Assembly: GCA_002104905.1 (NCBI GenBank)
Contig: MCFE01000230.1
Coordinates: 1-64,000 of the forward strand
DNA from: Basidiobolus meristosporus CBS 931.73
Lineage: Eukaryota; Fungi; Basidiobolomycota
Reading direction: 5' to 3'
Length of the DNA: 64,000 nucleotides
How positions within the stretch are numbered: position 1 is the first letter of the stretch; each line of letters begins with the position of its first letter. Shown here piece after piece: positions 36,827 to 48,873 of the stretch. The notes beneath the pieces are model-generated. The model was given only the letters and a program-made list of their open reading frames with translations. It did not search any database and had not been told where the DNA came from. The translations under genes and the position numbers were made by a program.

Positions 36827-39800
36827 AAGCTGTCACTCTCTGCAATGTCTACTACTGCTATTACTGGAATTTTTCCCTCTGCTGAAAAGTTGGATGGATC
36901 TAACTACCAAGTGTGGAAGGTGAAGATGAAGATGCTGCTACAAGAAAGAGGCCTCTGGGATATTGTCATGGGAGAAGAATGCCCTCCTAAAAACGTGGGA
37001 GAGGAAGCCTTGAAGTACCAGAAGAAAGAACAAAGTGCCTTTAACTGCATTTGCCTTAATGTCAAGGACAAATTGCTAATTCAATGCTCAAGAGCAAAAA
37101 CGGCAAAGAATGCCTGGAAGGCATTAGAAGACACCTACCAGTCATGTTCAGCTGCCAAGAAAATGTATCTGAGAAGAAAATTCTTTACTACAAAGATGTT
37201 GCCAGGCGAAGAAATGAAAAATCTAATTAACAGAATTACCCTGCTGGTAGATGATATGGAATCTGTGGGTGTACCAACTACTGATGAGGATGTGATAGTT
37301 ACCATCCTGAATAGCCTGACAGACAAGTTTCAGGGCCTTGTATCAGCCCTAGAGTCCAGAACTGAAGATTTGACCTTAAATTACGTATATGGAGGGCTCC
37401 TGGATGAGGAATTAAGAAAATCAAGCGCCAATAAGAAGGAAGAAGAAAATGCTTTAATAAGCAATGATAACCAACAAAGGAGGTACCCAAGACCTTACAA
37501 AGGCAACAGCAACCTATTTTGCAACTACTGCAAAAGGAAAGGACACACATCAGACCGGTGTTTCAAAAAGAGAGATTATCAGCAAAAGAAGCCTGAATAT
37601 GGAAATGCTGCAACAACTGAAGATAGACTATTCATATCTGCACTAAATATGACCACAAACAAGGATTCTCAGATGTGGTATATTGACTCTGGAGCTTCTC
37701 AACACTTTACACACCAAAAAGAACTTTTTACCCAATATCAAGAAATTCCAATTAAGAAGGTTTTCATGGGTGATGATAGAATGCTTGATGCAGTGGGAGA
37801 AGGAACTATCCAAGTAAACCTTAGAAGCAGTGAAGGAAGCCATACACTGACCTTTAAAGAAGTACTCTATGTACCAGAAATAGCCAAGAACCTACTCTCT
37901 GTAAGCAAGGCCACAGCAGAAGGACTCAGTTTCAGTTTTGACAATTCTGGATGCAGGATCACTGATCAAAATGGTGCTCATATTGCTTTGGGCATCAGAG
38001 ATCAGAATCTATACAAGTTGACTTATATTCCATTATATCTGGAAGCCAATATATGTAACTTAAATGAAGAAACACCAATGCTTGGGCACAGGAGTTTGGG
38101 CACATCAATTTTGATTATTTGCGCACAATGATCAAAGATCAGCTAATTTCTGGAGTAAAAATTGATCCCCCAGCTAATTTGGAGCACTGTGAAGCCTGCA
38201 TATATGGGAAACAAGCCAGACAACCGTTCAAGAGCTCTGGATTAATCAAAACTAAGAAAAAATTAGATCTAATTCACTCAGATCTGTGTGGACTTATGCA
38301 AAATTTATCCTTAGGTGGGATGAAGTATTTAATCACTTTTATTGATGATTATACAAGATACACATGGGTCTACTTCATGGAGAGAAAGGAAGAAGCTCTG
38401 TCTCAGTTCAGGGAGTTTAAAGCCATGGTGGAGAGAGAAACTGGTGAAAAAATCAAGAAAATACGCTCTGACAATGATGGAGAATATACCTCAAAACTCT
38501 TCATCCACTTCTGCAAAATTCATGGGATAAAGCAAGAGACTACTGTACCATACTCCCCACAGCAAAATGGAGTAGCAGAACAAGCTAACAGATCAATAAT
38601 TGATATGGCAAGATCTATGATCCATGATCAAAAATTATCCTATGATTTTTGGGCGGAATCAGTTGCCACTGCTGTATATCTTAAAAATAGGAGTTATAAC
38701 AGAATACTTCATGATTCTACTCCATTTGAAGCATGGTATGGATACAGACCAAGTGCAGAACATCTAAGAATATTTGGGTGTGCAGCATATGCCAAATAAC
38801 TGGCCAGAAATCAGTCAAAATTTGAGCCAAAAAGTGTAAAATGCATATTTTTGGGCTACTGCAATGAGAGTAAGGCATACAGACTCTACAATACCAAAGC
38901 AAAGATGCTTATCAAGTCCAGGGATGTGTTGTTTGATGAAAATTCAAGATTTTCACAAAAAATGACATCAGATGATGACAAAAATTTGATATCAAGTCCA
39001 CCAATTGTCAGGATTGAATCAGAGCAAAACAATGAAAATTTTTTCACTCCAGAGGACTCTACAACCGTGGTTCAGCCAGAATCAATGCCCAGGAATATCC
39101 CAGAAGTAATCATTCCAGTATCAAATGCCCAGAGATCAAATTGGACAAGAAATAGCCCAAATTACTATATCAATGAGGGTACAAACTTAGCCTATGCCTA
39201 CTAAGTCCATATTGATGAGCCCCAGACTGTAAAAGAGGCCCTAAATAGCCCTCTGACAAAGTCTTGGAGATCTGCAATGACTGAGGAATATCAGGCCCTG
39301 ATGGAAAATCAAACTTGGGACTTAGTCAAATTACCAATCAACCAAAAATCAATTGGATGCAGATGGGTCTTCAAGACAAAATACAAGGCTGATGGTACAA
39401 TTGAAAGATACAAGGCAAGACTTGTAGCCAAAGGATACTCTCAAACAAAAGGACTTGACTATAGTGAGACCTTTGCCCCGGTAGCCAAGTTTAATTCCAT
39501 CAGATTAATATTGGCTATTGCAGCCAAATATAAGTTTTTTATTCATCAAATGGATGTAAAAACTGCATTTTTGAATGGAGAACTTGATGAGGACATGTAT
39601 ATAGACCAGCCTGATGGGTTTGTTGACCAAGATAACCCCCATTTTGTCTGCAAGCTTAAAAAGTCACTATATGGTCTCAAACAATCACCAAGAGCCTGAA
39701 ATTGCAAGATAGATTCTTATTTGGAATCTTTGAGTTTCAAAAGAAGTAGTGCTGACTATAGTATATACTATAAGCCAGATAGAGCAAATTCAGTTCTATT

Positions 39801-40790
39801 AGCTCCATATGTGGATGATCTTATTATAGCCGCCAATAACCTAGAAACATTGGAAGAGACTAAATCCAACCTATCTAAGGAGTTCAAGATGTCTGATCTA
39901 GGAGAACTTAGTTACTACTTAGGGATTAAGTTCTCCATAGACAGAAGTACCCAAACCATCACCCTAAGCCAATCCAAGTATATTCAAGATATATTAAAGA
40001 AGTACAAAATGGAAGACTGTAAACCGGCAGCTACCCCAATGGAGACAAACCTTAACTTGGTCAAAACTCAACCAAATCAAGAGAGCTTGGTGCCATCTGA
40101 AAGCCCTGACTTTCCTTATCAATCTATGGTTGGCAGTCTGATGTATATCATGCTTGGAACACGTCCAGATATCTCATATTCAGTGGGAGTTGTCAGCCAA
40201 CATAATCAGAACTATGGATCTGATCATATTGCAGCAGTTAAGCGGATTTTTAGATACCTAAAAGGAACTGCTGATATCTGCTTAAGATACACTTATAAGG
40301 ATTCAGAGCAGGACCTTGTGGGATAGTCTGATGCTGATTGGGGACGAAATTTGGAAGACAGAAGAACCACCACAGGATATACCTTTCTTTACTGTAAAGG
40401 AGCAATATCATGGAATTCAAGAAAGCAACCAACCGTAGCACTTTCTACTACAGAGGCAGAGTATATGGCAGCCTGTGAAGCTACAAAAGAAGCAATGTGG
40501 TTAAGAAAACTCTTAACAGATTTAGGCCTATGTCAATAAACGCCTATTGCTTTATTTCAAGATACACAAGGATGTATACAATTAGGTAGAAGTCCAACTT
40601 TTCATGCTAGAACCAAGCACATAGATATTAGACATCATTTCATACGTGAAGCTATAGTGAATAATTTAGTTAGCTTAGTTTACTGTCCTACAGATGAAAT
40701 GATTGCAGACATATTTACCAAACCATTAGCTAGAGACAAGTTTGAATATCTTAGGTCAAAGTTAGGACTAGTCAGTATGAACATTTATCT
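36818..40790 (+). pseudogene. Copia gag-pol polyprotein (Gag, zinc knuckle, protease, integrase, RT, RNase H)
   Basis: LDGSNYQVWK, CNYCKRKGHTSDRC, WYIDSGASQH, HSDLCG...RSDNDGEY...[23 protein letters not shown] and TTEAEY. Broken by a 1-bp deletion near 38095 and stops ending at 38799, 39204, 39699, 40326 and 40539. Confidence 0.93.
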
Positions 40791-41239
40791 GAGTGGGAGT
40801 GTTGTGAAAATTTGTATTTCCACCTAAATATTCACCTAACTTAGTCACTTAGATCATTACCTTCAAATCCTAGAGAATACTGATTAAATTCCTTGTTGGG
40901 ATCTACTTAGAATATTTTCACCAAAATGCCAGGTACCCAGAATATAAAAATTCTCAAAGTTGTCCAAACAGCCCCAAACTTTGCACACATGTTCTTGGGA
41001 CCTTCCTTAACCTATTCTACGTGTTTGTAATGCCAAGACCAGGTAAAAGTATAAATACTACTTTTACATTCAATAAATCATTAAGTGAAAACCACATAAT
41101 CTACTTGGTCTCCCAATCACTTCCAATATCTCCAAGACTCTTACAACAAATACAAGTATACTTGGGATATACTACAGCTGGAGAGTTTTCCTGATAAAAA
41201 TTGGTTGCTTGTTGCACCCAACCCAACTTTGCACTACTT

Positions 41240-43600
41240 AACTGATTACCCAAGCATTGGGGCTGCTTAGCTTCTTAACGCCATAGGCATAGGTGTCTCC
41301 ATGTGCACATTTGTCCTCAGTATTTTCCAGCTCTTTCCGGCTGTCCTCTATGTGCAAACTCATTACATGCATGATGGACTTGAAGGTAATATTCTTGATG
41401 AGATTGGGATATGGTAGTGCCTGCAACTTGACTTGTCTTCCTATCTCCCCACACATCCACTCCATGGTAAACTCCCAAAAGGTGAAGCAAGGCCCAAAAT
41501 TCTCCACACACCGTGCAAGATGGAGTAGAGAATGGATACAGTAGTAGCAGAGATCTGAGCATTAAGCTCTGTGTTTGTAGTATAGCCACTCAAATCCTTT
41601 CACAAACTCCTTACACAACAGCTGTTGATGTGTCAAGTTGACATTGGTGATCCGCTTTGGGATAAATATTCCTACAATGTCCACATATGACTCCCAATGC
41701 TTTCAATGTACACTTGGTAGGAATGGCTTCAGAATGCCACCTGAATAAATACATATCCAGCTCATGCAGTCTTTGCATTTTTATTGTTGCATATGCATAC
41801 AAATATTAATAAGAGCCTGTGAGAAGTACTTGCAGTAGTGGATACTCTGTAATATCTGGCCAATTCTTTCAAATTTCTCTAGTATCTCAAGGGGCTCATT
41901 TGGTCTGAAATGCCTCATGTACAACTTGGTCATCAGTGTAGGGATATTGTTGAAAAGTAAATGCATTGCTCCCAGTGGAAAGCTTTTGCTCCAACAGATA
42001 TCCTCTATCTTAAGTATCTCTGGATTCCAATTGATTTCATATTCTGGCTGATGGCTTATAGCTTGCCAACTTTGCTGCAATTGCATGCTGACTTCTGTAT
42101 GTTCTCTCTGTGGAAAGGTGATGTTTTTAGTGCTGGTGTTTGGGTAATAATAATGTGTGTAGGTTAGGGAGTAAATTCCCTGGATTTCACACATTTGATA
42201 GAAATACCATCCATTGTGCCTGGAAATTCCTGCTATCTTGCTGATGGCTGGGGTATCTCCAATGCAAGATAATAACATGTGCTTTTACATGACAGCCATG
42301 TACTGCTATCCCACTGGAAAGCATGCAAAACTCATCCAGCAATGGATACAGGTAGCTATCCAGGTTGGATAGTGATTTAGGCCCAGATACCAGTGAGACT
42401 ACCATTAGATTATTGCTCTGATACTGTAAGATGGGTGGCAGATTCAGACTGATGAGAATCAGTGGCCAGCCAGATTTGCTGGTAGAGTACTTGTTTAATG
42501 AGAATCCATCACGTGCTAAAGCAAAGGCTTAGTCATACATACCTTCAGAGTAGCCCTTGTTTCGTAGCTGTTTGTAATGATTGCCATCAAATATAGCAGA
42601 TATGTTTGGGCTTAATTGATACTGAGTGCAGTACTGTATAGCTTTCCTATATTTATTGGACTGCATCAGCTTCCTCAGACAGAGTATGACCAGAATATAT
42701 CTGGAGTGTGAACAATGTTTCCCCTCAATGGTGGTGGATTCCTGACAATTTGGACACATTGTAATGGTAGCATTTTTGGATGTGAATGCCATGCAACTGT
42801 TAACACATGCTGGAATCAGGACAGTGTCTGGATCATATGTTGCCAGCCACATGATGGTTGTCCACTTGTACCATGTACATGGTAAGTTGCATCCAGGTTT
42901 GATTTTGGCAAGAAGTAGTAATAAATCCTCAAAGCCCCTATTACTGGTATTTGTGGAAATGAACCACTTCTCTAGCCACAATATTACATCATATACCAGT
43001 GGATGGATTATGGGGCCTACTTGGATCCATAAAGTATCCTTGGCATTTGTTTCAATGGGCATTGTCTCATTGCATATTGGGGCTTTACCAGGCTCATACA
43101 TGGTACTGTTGTTAGGGGAGATAGGCTCAAAGTCCATCAGTGAACCTTCTTTGTCAGAGCTATCACTCTTCATGCCATATTCACAAGGCTGAGGTGAGCC
43201 TAAATGCGTCACAAACTCTCCTGACTCAGTTTGCGCAAGGTGACAAAGACAGCCAGGTGCCAATATAGAAGCATCTACTGGCTGGCAAGATAATGTTGGT
43301 ACAGTAGTGACCAATGAATGGTCAAATATGACTTGGGTGGCAAAATGCTGTTTGTGATTCTTGTAATACTTCTTATGCTGTCTGTGTGCTTCATGGCTGA
43401 GAGGCTTGCCACTATAGCCACATGGTCTTTTTTCCCTTCTCTTACAGGGTTAAGTCAAAGTAGTCTTGTGCTTGAGGCAAACAGATTGACCTTCAACAAC
43501 ATGACACTATTATATCACTTTTTGGTCAATACTCATGTGAACTTAAGACAGTCTTATATTTGAGACATTGCACCTACATGAATATAAGATTCAATGATGA
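41240..43600 (-). pseudogene. CACTA/EnSpm-like transposase (Transposase_21 family)
   Basis: IPACVNSC...CPNC...IFDGNHYKQLRNKGY (42529-43314); GPKSLSNLDSYLYPLLDE (42187-42405); IGDTPAISKIAG..RHNG...AMHLLFNNI (41781-42278); FGPCFTFWEFTMEW...PYPNL (41238-41507). Confidence 0.8.
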
Positions 43601-43695
43601 CCTGGCAAAGTAAGCATTATAAATAAAGCTGTGGCACCACATACACACGTATATGTAACACTATATCCCCTTTAGTTTGACTCAGTTCCATAGAT

Positions 43696-44620
43696 ATGCC
43701 GCCAAAAAATAAATCAAGGTTGTCTGGTTCTCAACCAAACCTCACCACTGATGGCAACAGAAGAACAGTTAGACAACAGCTTGCTTTGACATTTAGTGCA
43801 ACAAGTGGGGCTACATCCAAAAAAGGCCCTGTGGACAGTGTGCCTGTTGAAGCTAATAATATGGACTCCTCAGGCTCTGAGTCAAGTAGGCAATTGAGAA
43901 CCTCTGCAGAGCCACAAGCTGACCATTATGCCAAGGCAGATGAGAATGTAGCAAAAGCAGTACCCTCAGTTGAAGACCAGCAAGTGGCCATGATAACATC
44001 ACCATTACCCATATTGGCAAGTATGTTATCAGCTCATACCAAAGCATAAATGAAGCAATTATGTGCAGTGGCTAATAGCATAGAGGTAATGGCCCAGAGA
44101 AGTCAGGAAATAGTCCAGAAACAGGATGAGTGAATAATACTTGTAGAGCAATTAATATCCCAGGTTGCAAAAGCAGTATCTTTGCTGCAAAGAAGGAACT
44201 CAATTAGGTCAAAGTTGCAGCCAAGAATTGAGCCATTTCTCAATGTAATAGCAGAAGAACACCATACAGTCTCTGAAGCACAACAACAGTGTCCAAAGAT
44301 AAAGCTCACAGAAAAACCAATCACAGTGTGGGAGGGAGACATTGCAGTGTTGATACCAAAGCCTAAAAATCAAAAGACATTGAAGATCCATGAAGCTGTT
44401 GAGTGCAATAATGAAGAGTGGGCTAATATACAAGAGGCTGTCAGAAGTCCAGCATACCATCACCTTAAGGCCAGCATACCATGGGACCTTCAAGAACTCA
44501 AGGCCAAGCAAAATGCACTTGACTAGTTACATGAGCATTATTCTGGATTCAAACAGGCTAACAGAATTTGGGCCAGCATTGCAGGCCAAAACAGATGCAT
44601 CAGAGCAGAACTTCAAAAAC
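43696..44620 (+). pseudogene. ORF-A N-terminal part
   Basis: MPPKNKSRLSGSQP... (43696-44049) and 44182-44526 align with 7440-7142 and 6018-5430. Confidence 0.6.
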
Positions 44621-45647
44621 AATCTATGGTTGCCAGTCTGATGTTTATCATGCTTGTAGCATGTCTAGATCTCTGATATTTAGTGGGAGTTGTCAGCCAG
44701 CATAATCAGAACTATGGATCTGATCATATTGCAGCAGTTAAGCAGATTTTTAGATATCCAAAAGAAACTGCAGATATCTACTTAAGATACACTTACAAGG
44801 ATTCAGGACAGGTTCTTGTGGGATACTCTGATGCTGATTGGGGACAAAATTCTGGAGACAGAAGATCCACCACAGGATACACCTTTTGTTACTGTCAAGG
44901 AGCTTTTTCATGGAATTCAAGAAAGCAACCAACTGAAGCACTTTCCACCACAGAGGCAGAGTATATAGCAGCTTATGAAGCTACAAAAGAAGCAATGTGG
45001 TCAAGAAAGCTTTTTGCAGATTTAGGCTTATGTCAAAAAATGCCTATCACTTTATTACAAGATACTCAAGGATGTATACAATCAGGTAGAAATACAACTT
45101 TTCATGCTAGAACTAAGCATAAGAATATTTGACATCATTTCATATGTGAAGCTATAGAGAATAACTTAGTTAGCTTAGCATACTGTCCTTGAGATGAAAT
45201 GATTGCAGACATATTTACCCAACCATTAGATAGAGACAAGCTTAAATATCTTAGGTCAAAACTAGGACTAGTCAGTATGAACATTTAGCTGAGTGGGAGT
45301 GTTGTAAAAATTTGTAATTCCGCCTAAATACTCACCTAACTTAGTCACATAGACAGTGCCTTCAAATTCTTGGGAATACTGACCAAATTCCTTGCTTCAA
45401 TTTACTTGGAATATTTTCACCAAAACACAAGGTACCCAGAACATGAAAATTCTCAAAGTTGTCCAAACATCCCCAAACTTTGCACACATGCTCTTAGGAC
45501 ATTCCTTAGTCTATTCTTCATGTTTGTTATGTCAAGACCATGTAATGGGATAAATACTACCTTTACATTTAATAAATCATTCAGTGAAAACCACATTATC
45601 TACTTGTTCTCCCAATCACTTCCAATATCTCCAAGACTCTTACAACA
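44620..45647 (+). mobile_element. Copia family 1 3' fragment: end of RT, RNase H, PPT and 3' LTR (45300-45647)
   Basis: YSDADWG...STTEAEY (44683-45132), GAGTGGGAG PPT, and a TG...CA LTR. Confidence 0.9.
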
Positions 45648-45649
45648 CA

Positions 45650-47652
45650 ATCAACATACATAAGTATATTCCATAATAAAAGTGCAAGGACTGGACAAAC
45701 TGGATATGTATTTATTCAAGTGGTTTTCTGAAGCCCACTCTATCAACAGTACAATCAAAGCATTGGGAGTCATAGGTGAACATTGAAGGAATGTCTATCC
45801 AGAAGCAGATTACCAATGCCAACTTGATGCTTCTACAGCATTTGTGCAAGGAGTTTGTTACGCAATTTGAGCAGCTATACTGCAAACATAAAGCTGAATG
45901 TGTAGATCTCTGCTTCTACTGTGTTTGTTCTCTACTCCATCTTGCTTAGTGTGTCAAGAATTTTGGACCTTGCTTCATCTTTTGGGAGTTTCCTATGGAG
46001 CTAAGTAGCCCCCATGTGTGGGTAATTACTTAAGTAATGCATATAAATATTGGGTGCAACAGGCAACTAATCTTTATTAGGAAAACTCTACCAAAGTATG
46101 CCAGATTTCTCTTGGTCACCAGCCAATTTCTACACCACCCAATACAAAATTCACACAAACAAGAGCCAGAGTGCACCTGTAAGGGGGACTAGTATCCAGC
46201 AGGGAGAAGGAATATTTTGGCTCAACACCAAAAAGATCTTGGCAGATTTTCAAGAGGTATTTATGGCAGTAGTGGTGACAACCAAGTTTATCATTGCAAG
46301 ATGTATATGTTACAAACAAAACAAGTTATATGGCAACTTTGCAAGTAGCACAATAAAAAGCTGTAAAGTTAAGGTGATAGAAGTATGGCAATTGTGTCAG
46401 GTGTATGCATTTGTAGAAGTTAGAAAGCTGGAGACCATAGTATTTTTTGATTCAATGTCTATGTGGAGTACCCAAGGCAGCAGTGGGTAGCAAATAAATA
46501 GGGGTGATTTTACAGTGGAATATAAGAGTTGCGCAAAGGGAGGTACAAGAAGGAATTACCATTTGGTAAATTGGTACAGTAGCAATAAATAGAGCTAGCT
46601 GTAGGCTACCATACCACCATAATAATGCCATCATAGGCTTGCAATGAGGCTGTTAAAATGCTGTCAAGTTTTTTGGCACATAAACAATTGGATGTTCTGC
46701 CCAGTTAGATCCACTCAAATAGTTGTAGAGCGCATTAAGACTGCAATAATGCCATGCCACCCTTGGCAAGACACCGTTATGTTTTTTAGCTTTATTTGGC
46801 AGTAAAATTAGCCAAACACTGTTGTGATCCCGTCATAAAATTGTATAGATGGTCATTAATTCCAAACTGCTGGTATTTTGACCATCTCCTGACAGGGTCA
46901 TGACAGCTGATATGGATTGGATCCACCTTTGGGACCAAATTATTTTCTTTGGGGTAAATAGAGTGGAGATCCCTTTGACAGACAAAGCAACAATATCACA
47001 AATCTGCAGGCTATCACAATGCCTACAGTGGAGTTTTGGAGCATAAATTGGTACACCAAGAGGTTGCAGCACTTCTCCTGGAGCAGTGCTCAAGAGAATG
47101 CACTGGAAAATTGCCAGGAGCTATTGTAAAGACCAGCAGGTGAGGTCCTAGACCTAGCTTGGCCAGCTGAAGACAAGGATGTATGGGAACCAGTAAATGA
47201 AGAATGGCATAGTGCTGAAAAGGTCCTACAAATGTCTTGGTAAAGGCTGTTATGACAGAAATACTTGCTGAATGGTGGATACTAATGAGGTTATTTCTTG
47301 AGTGTGAGGATAGGCATAATGATAGTCTTGGGTATGGGGACTTGTATAGGCCACTATAGGTAGCAATTGAGTCTCACCTGAAGATTCAAAAGAAATAAGC
47401 CAATATGTATGCGCAAATATATTTGCATTGTTAGAGTTAAGAAGTAAGAAGTGTGCAAAAGGGTAATTAGCCAATCAGTGTACACAAGCATAGGAGGTGA
47501 CTGAGTGACCATATCAGAAAGTAAGAGATATATTAAAGAACTAATCCAAAGCTACTTATGTGCTGTCAAAAAAGGAAATTTTGACTTGGTTTTTTTGAAA
47601 TTTGAGGTACTACTTTTTTAATGGTGTTTGTATTGTTTCTTTAGAGCTCAAT
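45650..47652 (+). mobile_element. Rearranged CACTA-like fragments: transposase C-terminus with downstream DNA (to about 46920), then ORF-A C-terminus
   Basis: Aligns with the reverse complement of 41800-41175 and 23770-22900, then with the reverse complement of 1300-900 and 4650-3650. Confidence 0.65.
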
Positions 47653-48386
47653 AGACTTGTTCCATTGGATAGTACCACATTGAGCCATGAGTGCCAAATG
47701 ATGCCATAGTGTGCCAGAGAGGTCAAGTGAGCCTATACTTGGCCACAGAGTGTGAAACATAGCTCTGCATCTTCATTCAAAGGAGCCGCTGTGTTTCACC
47801 CTTTGTGTTGGAGAAAATCCATTTTTTGGCCTTTTTTTGTGGATCAATTTAGCTCAGGATGTGTAAGAGCACAGGAGAACTGAAGATATGCATCTGGTAC
47901 TCAATACCCATGGCACTCTGAATCTAGCTCCTGTAGCTTGTATCATGTCACAAAAATGAATGGCACTATCTTGGTCCACTGGTACTATCTGGCACTATAT
48001 TTAAATATTAGCCCTAAAGTAAGATCTATACAAAGCACTTATAGTGCCAGATAGTACCAGTGAACCAAGATAGTGCCATTCATTTTTGTGACATGATACA
48101 AGCTACAGGAGCTAGATTCAGAGTGCCATGGGTATTGAGTACCAGATGCATATCTTCAATCTGCTTGTGCTCTAACACATCCTGCACAACATTGATCCAA
48201 AAAAAAAGGTCAGAAAATGGATTTTCTCCAACACAAAGGGTGAAACACAGGGGCTGCTTTGAATGAAGATGCGGAGCTATGTTTCACACTCTGTGGCCAG
48301 GTAGAGGCTCACTTGGCCTCTCTGGCACACTATGGCATCATTTGGCACTCATGGCTCAATGTGGCACTATCCAACAGAACAAGTCT
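47653..48386. mobile_element. Fold-back MITE, copy 2 (734 bp)
   Basis: Same length and structure as 156-889. TSD AAT (47650-47652, 48387-48389). The empty site is matched by the reverse complement of about 3630-3660. Confidence 0.93.
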
Positions 48387-48439
48387 AATATCTCTAATTT
48401 ACAGGATTAAACTTTTTGACAGCCTTTCGATGGAATGAT

Positions 48440-48670
48440 AACTATTATTTCTCATAGGGAAAGGATGCATATCACCAATTTTGGATCCATCCTGATTATC
48501 AGCATAAGACTGCCTTTGCTTGGAATAATATGCAATGGATGTTTCACAAAGCTCCTTTTAGACTAGAGACATTTATCAGCAGGCACCAGAGGGTTATGAC
48601 TATCATACTCAAGAATGTACTCTATACCTTAGTATCTGTTGATGATGTCATCATATTTTCCAAAAACTCC
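48440..48670 (+). pseudogene. Reverse-transcriptase core fragment, gypsy-like and distinct from gypsy A and B
   Basis: Manual translation: DAYHQFWIHPDYQHKTAFAWNNMQWMFHKAPFRLETF...VMTIILKNVLYTLVSVDDVIIFSK. Confidence 0.65.
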
Positions 48671-48873
48671 AACAATGCCCAAATATGGAAATGTTGCAAC
48701 AATTAATGACGGAATATTTGTATTTGCACTAATTATGACCATGAACAAGAATTCTCAGACATGGTATGTTGACTCCGGAGCAACCCAATACTTTATACAC
48801 TAAAGAGCACTTTTTACCCAATACCAATAAATTGCAATCAAGAAAGCTTGATGGATGGCAATGGAACACTAGA

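Larger units (their letters stand above)
36465..41148 (+). mobile_element. Full-length Ty1/copia element (family 1, copy A); youngest dated LTR element in the window
   Basis: 349-bp LTRs at 36465-36813 and 40800-41148 with about 12 mismatches. Exact TSD AATAC. PBS 36814-36826. PPT TGAGTGGGAG 40790-40799. Confidence 0.97.
41175..44620. mobile_element. CACTA/EnSpm-like element, most complete copy: transposase (-) and divergent ORF-A (+)
   Basis: Same arrangement as 3600-8790. Truncated on both sides by copia sequence. Confidence 0.75.

Noticed and set aside
36818-40790. Stop-codon readthrough or a non-standard genetic code in copia pol
   Set aside because: The stops are of all three types, differ among copies, replace varied residues and co-occur with frameshifts. 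The host gene reads normally.
48440-48670. DIRS, Penelope or LINE assignment for the RT fragment
   Set aside because: The motif spacing fits gypsy-type RT. No tyrosine recombinase, GIY-YIG or endonuclease lies nearby, and the fragment is too short to refine.
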